DNA from: Cladosporium halotolerans
Lineage: Eukaryota
Length of the DNA stretch: 64,000 nucleotides
Assembly: GCF_011745625.1 (NCBI RefSeq)
Contig: NW_027191453.1
Span: 124,001 to 188,000, forward strand
Reading direction: 5' to 3'
Part shown: piece after piece, positions 49,250 to 60,533 of the stretch
How the letters are laid out: each line of letters begins with the position of its first letter
Position numbering within the stretch: the stretch's first letter is position 1
The notes under the pieces: model-generated
What the model was told of the DNA's origin: nothing
The model's database searches: none
Seen by the model: the letters and a program-made list of their open reading frames with translations, nothing else
Program-made: the position numbers and the translations under genes

Positions 49250-49599
49250 TGACGGGTCTTCGAGCCTGATGCTGTATTCCATCATCAATTTTACCGGCAA
49301 GCCCGTCGAATTGTAGGCTGCCTTTTGATACTACTGACATGAATAAAGCGGTCGCATTCACGCTGTCGGGATGATTGTGCTCGATTAAAGCTACATATAT
49401 ATGGAAATGCAGTGGCATTTTGGCATCCTACTACCTACCTTGACCTGGCGCGATACACAGGCGTTGAAGACTTGTTATTAAGCGTCACATGTGTTTTGAA
49501 GCGAACAATTTGCATATCGATCTATCTTCAGCGCATGCGCCGCAAATCTGAACTGTGTCTAGCGGCTACGGTAGCGTTCTTGCCCGGCCAGCTACAAGT

Positions 49600-50560
49600 G
49601 AGCTATCTGTGATGCTCATATCAGCAGATGTCAACGCAATTGGCCGCGTGTCTTTTTGGGTTGCTGGAGGAAGCATACTAGCTCCTCCAAACAGTGTTAC
49701 GCTTCACTAGCTATGCGGCTTCAAGCGCTATTATGGCAACCGTCGAAGAGCTCCCTATAGATGGCTTGAAGCCGATCGTGTCACCCACAAGAAGTCGCGA
49801 ATCTCAAAAGCATTGCATGAATGAAATGCTTATTGCGTATGATATTACTATCAGGTAAGGGTGAATTTGCCCCTTCCGCTAATGGACGAGTCGCCTCCTT
49901 GCCATCATCGTAGTTTCTGATGCTCATACTAACGCATATCAATCTTAACACGATCCCACACGCCAGTGAGATACTAATGAAATCTGCTGGGCTCCTAGCG
50001 GTATGTGTACTCATGCTATCAGACGTAAGGGTAACCACAAGTATAGCGGCCGCTGAGATGCTATGGGCAATTATAGGATATCGAAGGTCAAGGATTGTTA
50101 ATACGTGTATGCGAGCTTTTCTTTGTTTTAGGCGTCTTCTTCACCTCATGTCTCTAGTGAGCTAACCATGATATGACGATGCTAATTCCTATAACGATCG
50201 CGTGCGGGAGTGGGATGCACGTAGAGCTTTATGCTCGGGACGATCTTCCCTAGCTAAGGAGGTTGTTTCGATCGTTAGGTAGGGTTTGAGGCATCGACGC
50301 TACCAACGTAATCAACAGTTCTACCAGCACAAGAATAAGGCCGACATGGGGTATGTTACTTGTCCTAGTGTAGTAAGCAAGGCCGGGCTCAATCACATCC
50401 TGTGTTAGACTTCCACTGGTCTTGGCATGCTTGACTTGAAAGCGCATGTGGTCACAACAACGAGTCGTAGGGCAGTATAAGCTCATCTTCTAGGGTTTGA
50501 ATGATGCCTATCTGTAGCCTTACTCTTTTCATAGTAATCGAAGCAACATTGCATTGTCGA
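49600..50560. other. TpA-rich, stop-riddled tract consistent with a RIP-mutated relic (boundaries approximate)
   Basis: A hand count over 49921-50100 gives TpA about equal to ApT (ratio ~1). Abundant CTAG/TAG/TAA. Lower GC than flanking genes and no credible ORF. Confidence 0.5.
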
Positions 50561-51523
50561 CCTTTCACTTGGCAGGCTTGGCATCTACCTTGGCCATATC
50601 CTTGGCATAATCGATGCGGCCATGCACCGTCAATCGTCATATGTGAGATCTTAAAGATGCTTCGTTCTGTTAGTCGAACACGTTCAAATGTCTCCTTGAT
50701 CGATATTGTACGTTTCGCGAGGTCTTGGCATTCGCGCCCAAGGCCTCCAGAGCGGTGCCAAGCGTTGCCGGTCAAGTTGAAGGTTGTCAGCGTCAAGGCA
50801 AGAATGCAGCCGGCGTTGACATCTAGATATACGGTCAACTCATGTACGTTGAAATAGCAAAGTGAAGGATTCGTTGAGAGCATCGTCTTGGGAACACCGC
50901 TTTGATTTTACGCCGTTTCTGCAATCGTGGTGTACGGTATCTTTTTAACTTCAGATCTACGAAGCCGGCTTCGATTGCCTCTTGGTTAGACGGGCGTATC
51001 CTATGAGGCAACATGCACGGGGTTAGTCATTGATCTCCATGTGTTTATCTCATTGATCTGATGCAGCTGTGAGCTATGCCTGAAGTATAAGAGACAGATT
51101 CTCTGCATGCGATTGTCATACTTTCGAGCTGGCAGCGACAAACACTTCAGCTCACGTAGCACGGAGCAGATGTAAAACCATGTTCTTCGAAGCAGGCTGG
51201 TAATTCTAATACTCGTTCTATCGCTAAGAAACTATCGGGGTTTTCTTGATCGCAATACTGTAAAGGAAAGCTGCATATGGAGCTTCATCAATTGAGCATT
51301 GGCGAGCGACCTTGAAGCGAAGCGTGACGCCACGGCATCGCAAGTCAAGCTTTCAGCCACAGCCCGCCCGTCTCCAGACTCCCTCCAGCTTCAAGCTGCC
51401 GCTGAACATAGACACGCGCAACACCACTTCCACCCATGTCTTGGAGCCTTGGAACCTTCTCAGCCTGAAACATGGCATAGTTACACACATACTGATATAC
51501 GCGACCGCAATTCAAGCGACGAC

Positions 51524-54436
51524 ATGGCGTTAGACCCTTCGAGCGGCTATGCCGCTGGCATCCCAGACGACAACCAAGTCCCCATCTTTGATGTCCAGAA
51601 GGTCACCCTACAGTTCGACGTCTCCGCCGATTTTGTAGCCGCGCAAGTCGCCAACAATGTCCTCATCCTTGCACTATCCAGTGGCCGCCTCTTGCGCTTC
51701 GATCTGGACAATGCTGCCGACATCGACGACATCGATCTTCCGAAACGACCTGCCGAAATCGGCGTCATTCGCCGCCTATTCCTAGACCCCTCAGCTTCAC
51801 ATCTGATTGTGTCCACCGCGCTCGGAGAGAACTACTACCTGCATACGCAATCGCGGCAGCCGAAGGCTTTGGCGAGACTAAAGGGCGTGCAGATCGAAAG
51901 CGTCGCATGGAATCCTTCACAGCCGACAGCCTCAACACGGGAGATATTGATTGGCGCTGCGGACGGGAACGTATATGAGACGTATATTGAGCCAAGCACG
52001 GAGTTTTACAGGAGGGAAGAGAAATACTTCAAGAGTGTGTACAACCCGCATGACGGGGCGGTTGTGGGCATTTACACCGATGTATTGTCCACAAAGCCAG
52101 AAACGCGAAGAGTGCTGGTAGCTACACAGAACCAGCTCGCACACTTCTCTGGTCGTGTCGGTAGGCAAGGGCATGAGGGCAGCGGCTCAATCTATTCTAA
52201 ATTGTTCGAAGGAGAGACTCCGACAATTCATGCGATAGAGCCAACAGGACCGGCCACGCCATCCAGTCTAGCGGTTTCTCCAGATCCTACGGATGCGTCG
52301 CAGGGCACATTAGGAGATCACAACATCGAGAGAGCCTACGCATGGTTGTGCTCGCAGGGAGTGTACAATGGCGTGCTGCTATCGGAGTCGCCAGATCCCG
52401 CGACTCTGGGCAGGCAAGTCTTTCACGAATCGCATTTGCTGCCAAAAGCCAAGCTGCCTCCCATACAAACTTCCGGAGGCCGAAATAGGACCGCACAGCC
52501 GTCGATCTCGTCTATTGCCTTGACGCAGTTTCACGTGCTGGCGCTCATGGAAGGCCGGGTGACAGCTATAAACCGATTGGATGACAGCATAGTATACAAC
52601 CAGATCGTTCTCGAGCCTGGAGAGAGCAACCTCGGACTTCTCGCGGACCATCAGAAGAACACATACTGGCTGCTGACATCGTCGGAGATCTACGAAATAG
52701 TGGTCACAGATGAGACTCGGGACGTGTGGAAGATCCTTCTCGACCAGGGCAACTACGATGCTGCTCAAATATACGCGAAATCCGCAGAACACAGGGATGC
52801 AGTTGCGTCGGCGACGGGTGATCATCTCATTTCTCAAGGGAAATTCGCAGAAGCAGCTGCGGTCCTTGGGAAGAGCAGTAAGCCATTTGAGGACGTTGCT
52901 TTGACCTTTATTGACAAGGGCGAGCACGATGCTTTACGCAAATATCTTCTTACAAAGCTCTCAAACTTTCCAAGGAATTACACCATGCAGAGGACGATGT
53001 TGACCAGTTGGTTGACGGAGCTTTATATGTCCAAGCTCAACCAGCTTGACGACACGATCAGTACGAAGGCCGAGCTCGCGGAAGGCTCAACAGCATCGGA
53101 CATGCAAAAGCAGCTGCCTGGCTTCCGAAAAGAGTTTCAGGATTTTGTTACCAGGTACAAAGCAGATCTTGACCGCAAAACTACATACGAGATCATCAGC
53201 TCTCACGGTCGAGAAGAGGAGCTCTTGCACTTCGCCAACGTGACGGAAGACTACAACTTCGTCTTGTCTTACTGGGTGCAACGGGAACGATGGACTGAAG
53301 CCATGGCGGTGCTCAAAAAGCAGACCGAGCCCGAGATGTTCTACAAGTATAGTAGTGTGCTGATGACACACGTTGCTGTTGATCTGATCGAGGTGATGAT
53401 GCGTCAGCCGGGCCTGGAGCCCAAGAATGTCATACCGGCCCTGCTCAACTACAACAAAACCACAGGCTCCACGGTACCTGTATCACAGAACCAGGCTATC
53501 AGGTACCTACTGTTCTGCATCAACCATCAGCATTCCACTTCACCTGCCGTACACAACACATTAATATCGCTTTACGCTTCTCATCCGTCTCCTGATGAGT
53601 CGGCATTACTCACATATCTTGAGACTCAGGAGGGCAATCATGAGCAGAATTACGATGTCGACTTCGCCCTTCGGCTGTGCATCACCCATAAGCGCGTTCA
53701 GTCGGCCGTACATGTCTATTGTACAATGTCCCAATTCGTTTCGGCCGTAGACCTCGCACTTCGACATGATGCGGTTGAGCTCGCTGCCGTCGTTGCAGAC
53801 CGGCCCGGCAACGACGATGCTCTTCGCAAAAAGCTATGGCTCAAAGTAGCCAAGAAGGTCATCGGTCAGAGCAAAGGCATCAAAAGCGCAATGGACTTCT
53901 TGAAGCGCTGCGAGCTCCTACGCATCGAAGATCTAATCCCCTTCTTCCCTGACTTCGTTGTCATCGACGATTTCAAGGAAGAAATTTGTGCGGCTCTCGA
54001 GGATTACAGCCGCCAGATCGAATCGCTGAAAACGTCCATGGACTCGTCTGCGACTACCGCAGCTTCAATCAAGACGTCCATACAGGCTCTCGACTCGCGT
54101 TACGCTATCGTCGAACCCGGAGAGCGGTGCTGGAAGTGCCGTCTTCCGCTTCTCATGCGGCAGTTCTTCGTCTTCCCTTGCCAGCACGCTTTCCATGCCG
54201 ACTGCCTTGGCGAGATGGTATTGAAGAGTGTGGGCATGGGCAAGGGAAAGAGGATCCGCGAGCTACAGAGAGAGGTGGGGCGAGCCGTGGTGGGTGGCGC
54301 GAAGAGAGAAAGCATGGTTAAAGAATTGGACGGTCTGGTAGCGGGCAGCTGTGTGCTCTGTTCCGAGATGGCGGTGCGGATGATTGACGAACCCTTTGTC
54401 ACCGCTCATGACAATCGGGACGAGTGGGCTCTGTAG
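51524..54436 (+). CDS. VPS18: HOPS/CORVET subunit Vps18/Pep3
   Basis: Likely ATG at 51524 (MALDPSSG). LFLDPSASHLIV, IESVAWN, ALTQFHVL (Pep3_Vps18 region), clathrin-like repeat, IEDLIPFFPDFVVIDDFKEEIC, and a C-terminal RING CWKC...FPCQHAFHADC...CVLC. Confidence 0.95.
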   Translation: MALDPSSGYAAGIPDDNQVPIFDVQKVTLQFDVSADFVAAQVANNVLILALSSGRLLRFDLDNAADIDDIDLPKRPAEIGVIRRLFLDPSASHLIVSTALGENYYLHTQSRQPKALARLKGVQIESVAWNPSQPTASTREILIGAADGNVYETYIEPSTEFYRREEKYFKSVYNPHDGAVVGIYTDVLSTKPETRRVLVATQNQLAHFSGRVGRQGHEGSGSIYSKLFEGETPTIHAIEPTGPATPSSLAVSPDPTDASQGTLGDHNIERAYAWLCSQGVYNGVLLSESPDPATLGRQVFHESHLLPKAKLPPIQTSGGRNRTAQPSISSIALTQFHVLALMEGRVTAINRLDDSIVYNQIVLEPGESNLGLLADHQKNTYWLLTSSEIYEIVVTDETRDVWKILLDQGNYDAAQIYAKSAEHRDAVASATGDHLISQGKFAEAAAVLGKSSKPFEDVALTFIDKGEHDALRKYLLTKLSNFPRNYTMQRTMLTSWLTELYMSKLNQLDDTISTKAELAEGSTASDMQKQLPGFRKEFQDFVTRYKADLDRKTTYEIISSHGREEELLHFANVTEDYNFVLSYWVQRERWTEAMAVLKKQTEPEMFYKYSSVLMTHVAVDLIEVMMRQPGLEPKNVIPALLNYNKTTGSTVPVSQNQAIRYLLFCINHQHSTSPAVHNTLISLYASHPSPDESALLTYLETQEGNHEQNYDVDFALRLCITHKRVQSAVHVYCTMSQFVSAVDLALRHDAVELAAVVADRPGNDDALRKKLWLKVAKKVIGQSKGIKSAMDFLKRCELLRIEDLIPFFPDFVVIDDFKEEICAALEDYSRQIESLKTSMDSSATTAASIKTSIQALDSRYAIVEPGERCWKCRLPLLMRQFFVFPCQHAFHADCLGEMVLKSVGMGKGKRIRELQREVGRAVVGGAKRESMVKELDGLVAGSCVLCSEMAVRMIDEPFVTAHDNRDEWAL

Positions 54437-55337
54437 TGTACGGAGGACGGACTATATCCGCAAAAGAAGGCCCTTGTCATCTCAGACCGACCGTTTTCTA
54501 ATACCCCGATCTCCACTGACCTTCAAATCTGACCCCGAAAACGTAATTGCACATCCGATGCCAAGTCTCTCCCGATCATCGGTGCCCGGGCGACGCGCAT
54601 ACCTACGGGATACTCAAGGCACGTTAGTAGGAACCAACGAGGCTGTCACCAAGTCGTCAATATGCTAAGGCAGAGGGCACGACTATGTCACAAGATCCTT
54701 TGTCGGTGCAGCATTGATGACAAAGAAACCCGATACCTATCACAGGACTTGGCCATGTCTCATAAGACTGAATTCGTCAAATCTGGCGGTCGCAAGCATG
54801 ATTTTCACGTATCATGCAAGCGTACGGGCGATTTGAGCGGTTCGACTTTTTCTTTCCGATGCTGGAACATCTTGACGTCCGGATCACAACGACACCATGG
54901 GCTCCCACTGATCATTGCAGAGCCTCTCACATGAGATCTGCCCCGTCGTAGGAGTAATGGCTAGAACCCGTGTCGAGCTCGTTGCCAAAGTATTCAGGCA
55001 CCCACCTTGACGCTATGATTCTTTACCTCGTCGTCGAACCCACATTGAGCACAGGGCTCACAATTGACGAGCTCTTCGGACACTTTCAGCATTGGATCCG
55101 TTTTCTTTGTTCATTGTGATGGCAAGTGAAAGAACTGTTGTACTCCGGCTTTCAGTCTTTCTTGTGAACGTTGCTTTCAAGGCCAGTGACTGCCATCGGT
55201 TACTTAACAGACCCGTTGTCACAGTTATGTGAATAGCGTGGCTTTCCCTAGAGCGAGTCCATACCGCAGGCTACGGGGACAATCAAGGCGCTCTCAGTCC
55301 ACAATCGTCAACACAAGTCCAACCGACAATAACTACC

Positions 55338-56306
55338 ATGCCCCTGGTCAATTATCACTTGCCGCTTATGGCCTCTAGTGGTCAGACTGAGCGGGCTTCG
55401 TTGGATCACGATTTCGTGACCGTCAAGACTTTTGATTCTCGAGAGGGCAAGGTCAGGCTCGTCAGGCATAAAGGCACCGATAAGCTTCGCATCATCAAGT
55501 CGGTGCGGCACGACAACAGGCAGAAGCCTCCCCGAGAGGCTAGAGGCCTGGCACGGTTGCCCCAGCTCCACCCGAACATCATTCGACTCTTTGCTGCTGA
55601 ACTGGATTTCAATGGCAACGGGAAGATGCTGTTCGAGTATTGTCGAGGCGGAGACCTGCTCCAGCAATGCGAGCGTTTTGATTCTTTGAACATGAACGTA
55701 CCTCCGCTCTTCGCTTTGCACATTTGGATCTCTGTTGGTGAGGCTCTTGCTTTCCTCCATCACGGAAAGGTCCATGATTTCGGCCGAAACTACAGGAGAG
55801 TGTCTGGCCATCGCGAGCCCCTCGTACATTGCGATATCAAAGAGGACAATGTCTTCCTAAAGTGGCCTGGCCAGCGCTCAGGCCTGCCCGATGTGGTCCT
55901 TAGCGACTTTGGACTGTCCTCGAGTCATCCGACCCCTGGGAATGGATGTGTTCCCTATTTTTCGCCGGAATGTCGTGCCAACAAGGTACGACATCTCACT
56001 TACAAAACGGACATTTACTCCTTTGGAGTAATGATGCATCAGATACTCAATTTCCGAGTCGGGTTTTGGCCTCCTGGAAAGAATCCGGACGACGTCAATG
56101 TCGACAAGGAGTATAAAGGTATGGGATTTACCTATGTTTTGAGAAAGTGTCTTATTCACAAGGCGTGCAAACGTGGCGACTTCTCTAGCACGAGTTCTCC
56201 CGGGCTCCTGGGTCACCTCGCGGATTTTCGGGAGAAGAGGAGCCAGATGCTTCAAGATTCGAGACAAATGATTCGTCCAGAATGGTGGAACTTCCGCAAT
56301 GGTTGA
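55338..56306 (+). CDS. Divergent NIMA/Nek-like Ser/Thr kinase, non-RD, intronless (array copy 1)
   Basis: RIIK, HPNIIRL, EYCRGGDL, EALAFLHHG, VHCDIKEDNVFL, SDFG, FSPE, DIYSFG. Confidence 0.85.
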   Translation: MPLVNYHLPLMASSGQTERASLDHDFVTVKTFDSREGKVRLVRHKGTDKLRIIKSVRHDNRQKPPREARGLARLPQLHPNIIRLFAAELDFNGNGKMLFEYCRGGDLLQQCERFDSLNMNVPPLFALHIWISVGEALAFLHHGKVHDFGRNYRRVSGHREPLVHCDIKEDNVFLKWPGQRSGLPDVVLSDFGLSSSHPTPGNGCVPYFSPECRANKVRHLTYKTDIYSFGVMMHQILNFRVGFWPPGKNPDDVNVDKEYKGMGFTYVLRKCLIHKACKRGDFSSTSSPGLLGHLADFREKRSQMLQDSRQMIRPEWWNFRNG

Positions 56307-56574
56307 GTCTGACTGCATCGTTCTGTGTGTAGTCGACCGTATGGACCTCATCGCTTGAACGAGACCTGTAGACAGTGTATGACAAGTTGAATGCGGCCTC
56401 TCTAATATTTTCCTCATAAAGTCAAAGATCGCCACTGCAGAGATCAGAACGACACTATTGGAAATCGCTATGGTCTGTCTCGCGTGTTCAAAACGCAATG
56501 TGTTAATCTTTGCGGACCAAGATGGGCACAACCTCAATCAATTCATAAATTCTTCAACCAATTCCCGCCCAAAG

Positions 56575-56576
<2 letters not shown>

Positions 56577-56612
<36 letters not shown>
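56577..56612. repeat. (CAAT)9 microsatellite
   Basis: Nine perfect CAAT units. Confidence 0.95.
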
Positions 56613-57321
56613 TCCCCCACACCACGTCCGCACTGACTCCTCAGAACCTGACTTTGGAGCTAATAATCACTACAGTAGTTAACACATCTGAGATCGGTTC
56701 AACCATATAGTCCATGCTCCACTTGAGGCACCATTAAAGACTGCGGGAGTACCCGTAGCATTAAGAGCTCCTCAGATTGAGCTATACAACAGTTGTAACA
56801 CGACACAGTTTACAAGTCCAGCTTCAATTGATCAACCGATATGCCAATCTTGATCAATATTGATCGGTCAATCCTGGGATTTCAATCGCTCAATAAATTC
56901 AGCCCTGCTTTTCACGGATTGATTGATTGTGCCCATCCCTGATTGCGGATCCCCTGTCATACAGATGCATCGGTCAAGCTTCTTTGACTTGACGCCAAAT
57001 TTGAGAGGTGAAATGTTCCAACATATTAGTGATCGGTTCGTAGGGCTAAGGAACTCGTGTGAGTGTGAATCCAAGCAACATTGTTGCATTTCGCTCATGT
57101 CGTGCGTGAGATCGACTTGTCCATATTCACAGCGCCATTGTGAAGGTCTGACCAGCCCATAAAACTTGCACAACATTCGCGCTCTTCACAACCCACTACA
57201 ATGGCAGTGTCAACCTGCTACACTGGAATAAATACACCACCATGTACCGCTCTGCGCCCAGTTTTCTCTCGGCAAAAGGCTCCAGTTGGTCCTTGTCTGG
57301 ATTTTTGGACAGCTTGCAAAG

Positions 57322-58493
57322 ATGGATAAGACTTCATGTGCTCGTCCAACCAATGCCGGCAAACCGGCCAAGAGCTTTCCAGGGGCAATTCCTGAAGGAT
57401 CGGATACCGACAATCCAGCCACTCACGCAGGAGGGAAGCTAAAGGGATCTGCGCAGCCCGAGACCCCTCTGCTTCCAGCTAGCATTTGTGTGATCAAGCA
57501 GCCGTCATTTACCTCACTCAGATCAGTGAATGCTCCAAGTTCCTTGGGCGAAGGTGTATCTCTGGAGAAGGATTACGTTCGCGGCAAGCTCATCGGACAG
57601 TCTTCGGAGGCGAGGGTATATCTCTTGAAGTCGAAGAAGGGTAAGGAAGTCTTTGCGTTACGAGTCCTGTCCTGAGGCGCAAGGCCGAGTCATCTGATCC
57701 AGCGGCCGTACCGGCTTCTACACTCCTGCATCTCAGCAAGGTCCATCATCCGCACATTGTCTTCTGCCCGCGCGTGGACATTGTCGAACCAGATTTCCAG
57801 ATCTGGCAGGTGCTGGAGTTTTGCAACGGTGGAAGTCTTTGGGACTTCGTGAGCACTCTCAAGGAAAAAACACCGGTAATATTGGTCCTTCAATGTTTCA
57901 TCCAGCTCGCCGAGGCTCTCGCCTACCTTGGATACGGCCTTACCCGTCAATATGAGGGCCACTGGGAAGTTGATCCGAACTTTACTTCCCCTATCATCCA
58001 TTCAGACCTCAATCTGAATAACGTCCTTCTCCACTTCGGTCAGTGCGTAGAATACGGCATGCCTGACCTGCTTGTAGCGGACTTTGGCATGAGCACCACC
58101 GCCGACAGCCCACGTAAGACTGCCGGGACGCCACAGTACTATTGTCCGGAAGTGGTTTCTGCCGGCCGCGGTATTTCTTCAGCGCCACCGATGTCCATTC
58201 AGAGCGACGTCTACACGTTTGGGCTCACCATGTACGCCCTGATTATGCGAGAGCTTTGGCCTCCGGCATTGCCGCCTTGCTGGCTCAAGTTGCCTCCAGT
58301 GTACGACCAGCTCGGAATAACAAACGCCCTTAGGCGCTGTCTCGAGATCAAGCCCGATGCTCGTCCAACTATGGACAATGATCCGGGCACTGGGTTACTT
58401 GGTTTCGTGGATGTTCTTTGGGAGAAGCGGCACAAGATGTTCATGGATGAGGGTCCTCCTGACAGAAGCCTTTTCACCAGAATGGATGCCTGA
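57322..58493 (+). pseudogene. Frameshifted NIMA/Nek-like kinase (array copy 2)
   Basis: The N-lobe (YVRGKLIGQSSEARVYLL..EVFALRVL) stops at 57673-57675. Removing one copy of the tandem GTCCT at 57664-57673 joins it in frame to HHPHIV...EFCNGGSL...HSDLNLNN...ADFG...GTPQYYCPE...DVYTFG. Confidence 0.8.
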
Positions 58494-58651
58494 GGACGAA
58501 CATACATCATCGGTGACCACGCTGTTTGAGTAAGAATCAAGTTCTGCTCTTATTTTTTCATTGCGCGAGTCGTGGAGTTGAGCATAGTATCTTTTGAATG
58601 TGATTGCATGTGTTTACCAATTTTGAAGTACCCTTCACACTCCTTGTCAGT

Positions 58652-58676
58652 CTAGGGTTAGGGTTGGGGTAACCCC
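58652..58676. repeat. Short interstitial telomere-like (TTAGGG) tract
   Basis: CTAGGG TTAGGG TTGGGG followed by TAACCCC. Confidence 0.4.
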
Positions 58677-59158
58677 ATCACCGCCTACCTTGCCTGTTGT
58701 CCCAGCTTTTGACGCGATCTCAGAATAATTTCGCGAACCTGTCTGTTATGGTTCGATCTCGCTTAGTCTTAGTGTGAAAGTTGGTGGTTAGCTATGTTAT
58801 GCTTGGTGAATCGGTGTCTCATGCTCCCTGTTGCTTGAATTGATCTCTTCAATTACGAAAGCCATTCCTAGAAGGCCCCCAATGGGACATCCTTTCGAGC
58901 TATGCACGTATGTTCACTCGAACCGATTCACTGCATAGGATTGGAACTTGCAAAGCACTAGAACAATGTATTCACCTGCTGCTCTTTGTTCGGCGATCAA
59001 ACAATGTCGCGCGCTTGACAAAGAAACGTCCTAGACATTCACACAATACTGTAAGAACACAGGAATCATCACCAGCATTTAAAGCCCTACCAATGGTGTG
59101 CCATCAAGATTTTCCTGTCCTTCGAGTACGGCAAGCAAAAACCAGTGGTTACGAAAGC

Positions 59159-60370
59159 ATGGTTGGCCCTCTTCTGAAGCAGGCATTTCTCCGCTGGGGC
59201 ACCAAGAAGACCAGCGATGAGGAGGAGATCATGTCAGATGAGCAGGCTCGTCGGAGCTCCCGCTCTTCTGATTCCAGTCAAGTGAACCCTCCTAGTGAGG
59301 AACTGAAACTCTGGAAGGCCTACGATGATTATCAAGACATCAAGCGTCTACAATGCGGTGCTGAAGCCGTGTCGTCGCTGACCGAGTCATTTTCAAGCGG
59401 CCGCGTTTTTGTGGTCAAGAGAATGATCAACTACCCAACCTATAGGCCCCAGCCGCGCCACAGCTCCCGGCAGAACTTTGTGCCGAAGTCTTGGCCATAT
59501 CCGAACGAGTACAATGTGCTGTCCAAGACAATCAAGCCACACCCAAACATCCTCAAGGTTTTCGGCTGTGATCTGCTTGGCCTTCGGCATGCTAACCTGT
59601 ACACCGAATACTGCAATGGTGGAGATCTCTCAGATTTCGCGGTCAGGCGGCCTGGTGCCGGTGACCTCGTCCCAGAGAACTTTGCCCTCCACGTCTTCAT
59701 CTCGCTCATCCGCGCCCTCGCGTACCTGCACTACGGCCTACGATGGGATGCCGAGTATAAGAGGTACTGTCAGGAGACCAAGTACACTCCCTGTGTTCAC
59801 GGTGATGTCAAGCCCGAAAACGTCTTTTTGAAATGGTCCGAAAATCCCCAACAGCCGAGCATGCCCGATATCGTCCTCGGTGACTTCGGCTTCACGCAAC
59901 CGGCCAGTCGCGCTGAAGGAGTCACAGGCACGACCGCCTATCAGGCGCCTGAACTCGCCGCAATCCGCGCGCTCAAGAAGGTCGATCCCAAAGCGTACGA
60001 GAGAACGATGTCAACTCCGGGCCACATGACGTTTGCGACCGACGTCTTCAGCCTCGGGCAGACTATGCACGTTGTCTGCAAGGCCATGCTGCACCAGATC
60101 GGCGGGGATCCGCACACCAAGCCTGTACGGAGGGTGATGGTGGGAAAGCGGTGGCAAATGGTCGGAGTAGAGCTGGACTCAAGCGAGGTTCCTTCGTACG
60201 TTACTCCCGAGATCGAAGACTCGATCAAGCGGTGCCTGGCGCCGAACCCTGCGATGCGGCCGACGATGGGGCTAAATGGTATGCTTCAGATGGTTGAGGT
60301 TTTCAGGAAGGCTTTGGAGGGCTTCAGCGTAGAGAGCGAGGAAGTCGCCAAATGGCCGAGAGAAGTGTAA
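59159..60370 (+). CDS. Divergent NIMA/Nek-like Ser/Thr kinase, non-RD, intronless (array copy 3); start uncertain (58910, 59159 or 59231)
   Basis: FVVK, HPNILKV, EYCNGGDL, RALAYLHYG, VHGDVKPENVFL, GDFG, GTTAYQAPE, DVFSLG, CLAPNPAMRP. Confidence 0.87.
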   Translation: MVGPLLKQAFLRWGTKKTSDEEEIMSDEQARRSSRSSDSSQVNPPSEELKLWKAYDDYQDIKRLQCGAEAVSSLTESFSSGRVFVVKRMINYPTYRPQPRHSSRQNFVPKSWPYPNEYNVLSKTIKPHPNILKVFGCDLLGLRHANLYTEYCNGGDLSDFAVRRPGAGDLVPENFALHVFISLIRALAYLHYGLRWDAEYKRYCQETKYTPCVHGDVKPENVFLKWSENPQQPSMPDIVLGDFGFTQPASRAEGVTGTTAYQAPELAAIRALKKVDPKAYERTMSTPGHMTFATDVFSLGQTMHVVCKAMLHQIGGDPHTKPVRRVMVGKRWQMVGVELDSSEVPSYVTPEIEDSIKRCLAPNPAMRPTMGLNGMLQMVEVFRKALEGFSVESEEVAKWPREV

Positions 60371-60533
60371 AAAGTAGGGTTCAATGCAACTGTCATTTTC
60401 AGCGTATTCTCATTTCTCGCGTGTGCTGCGTCTCAATAGTGATGTGTAGAAAGTATCGAAAGGGTATCACCAGTCCAATTCTTCTCATTTGTGACCCAAC
60501 CTGCCCAATACTCCAATCTATACGCACCAATCC

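Noticed and set aside
51299..51523. TTG-initiated 75-aa N-terminal extension of VPS18 in the ORF track
   Set aside because: The downstream ATG at 51524 has good context and the extension looks like 5' UTR.
58745..58765. GGTTCGATC resembling a tRNA T-loop / B box
   Set aside because: No cloverleaf, acceptor stem or A box in the flanks.
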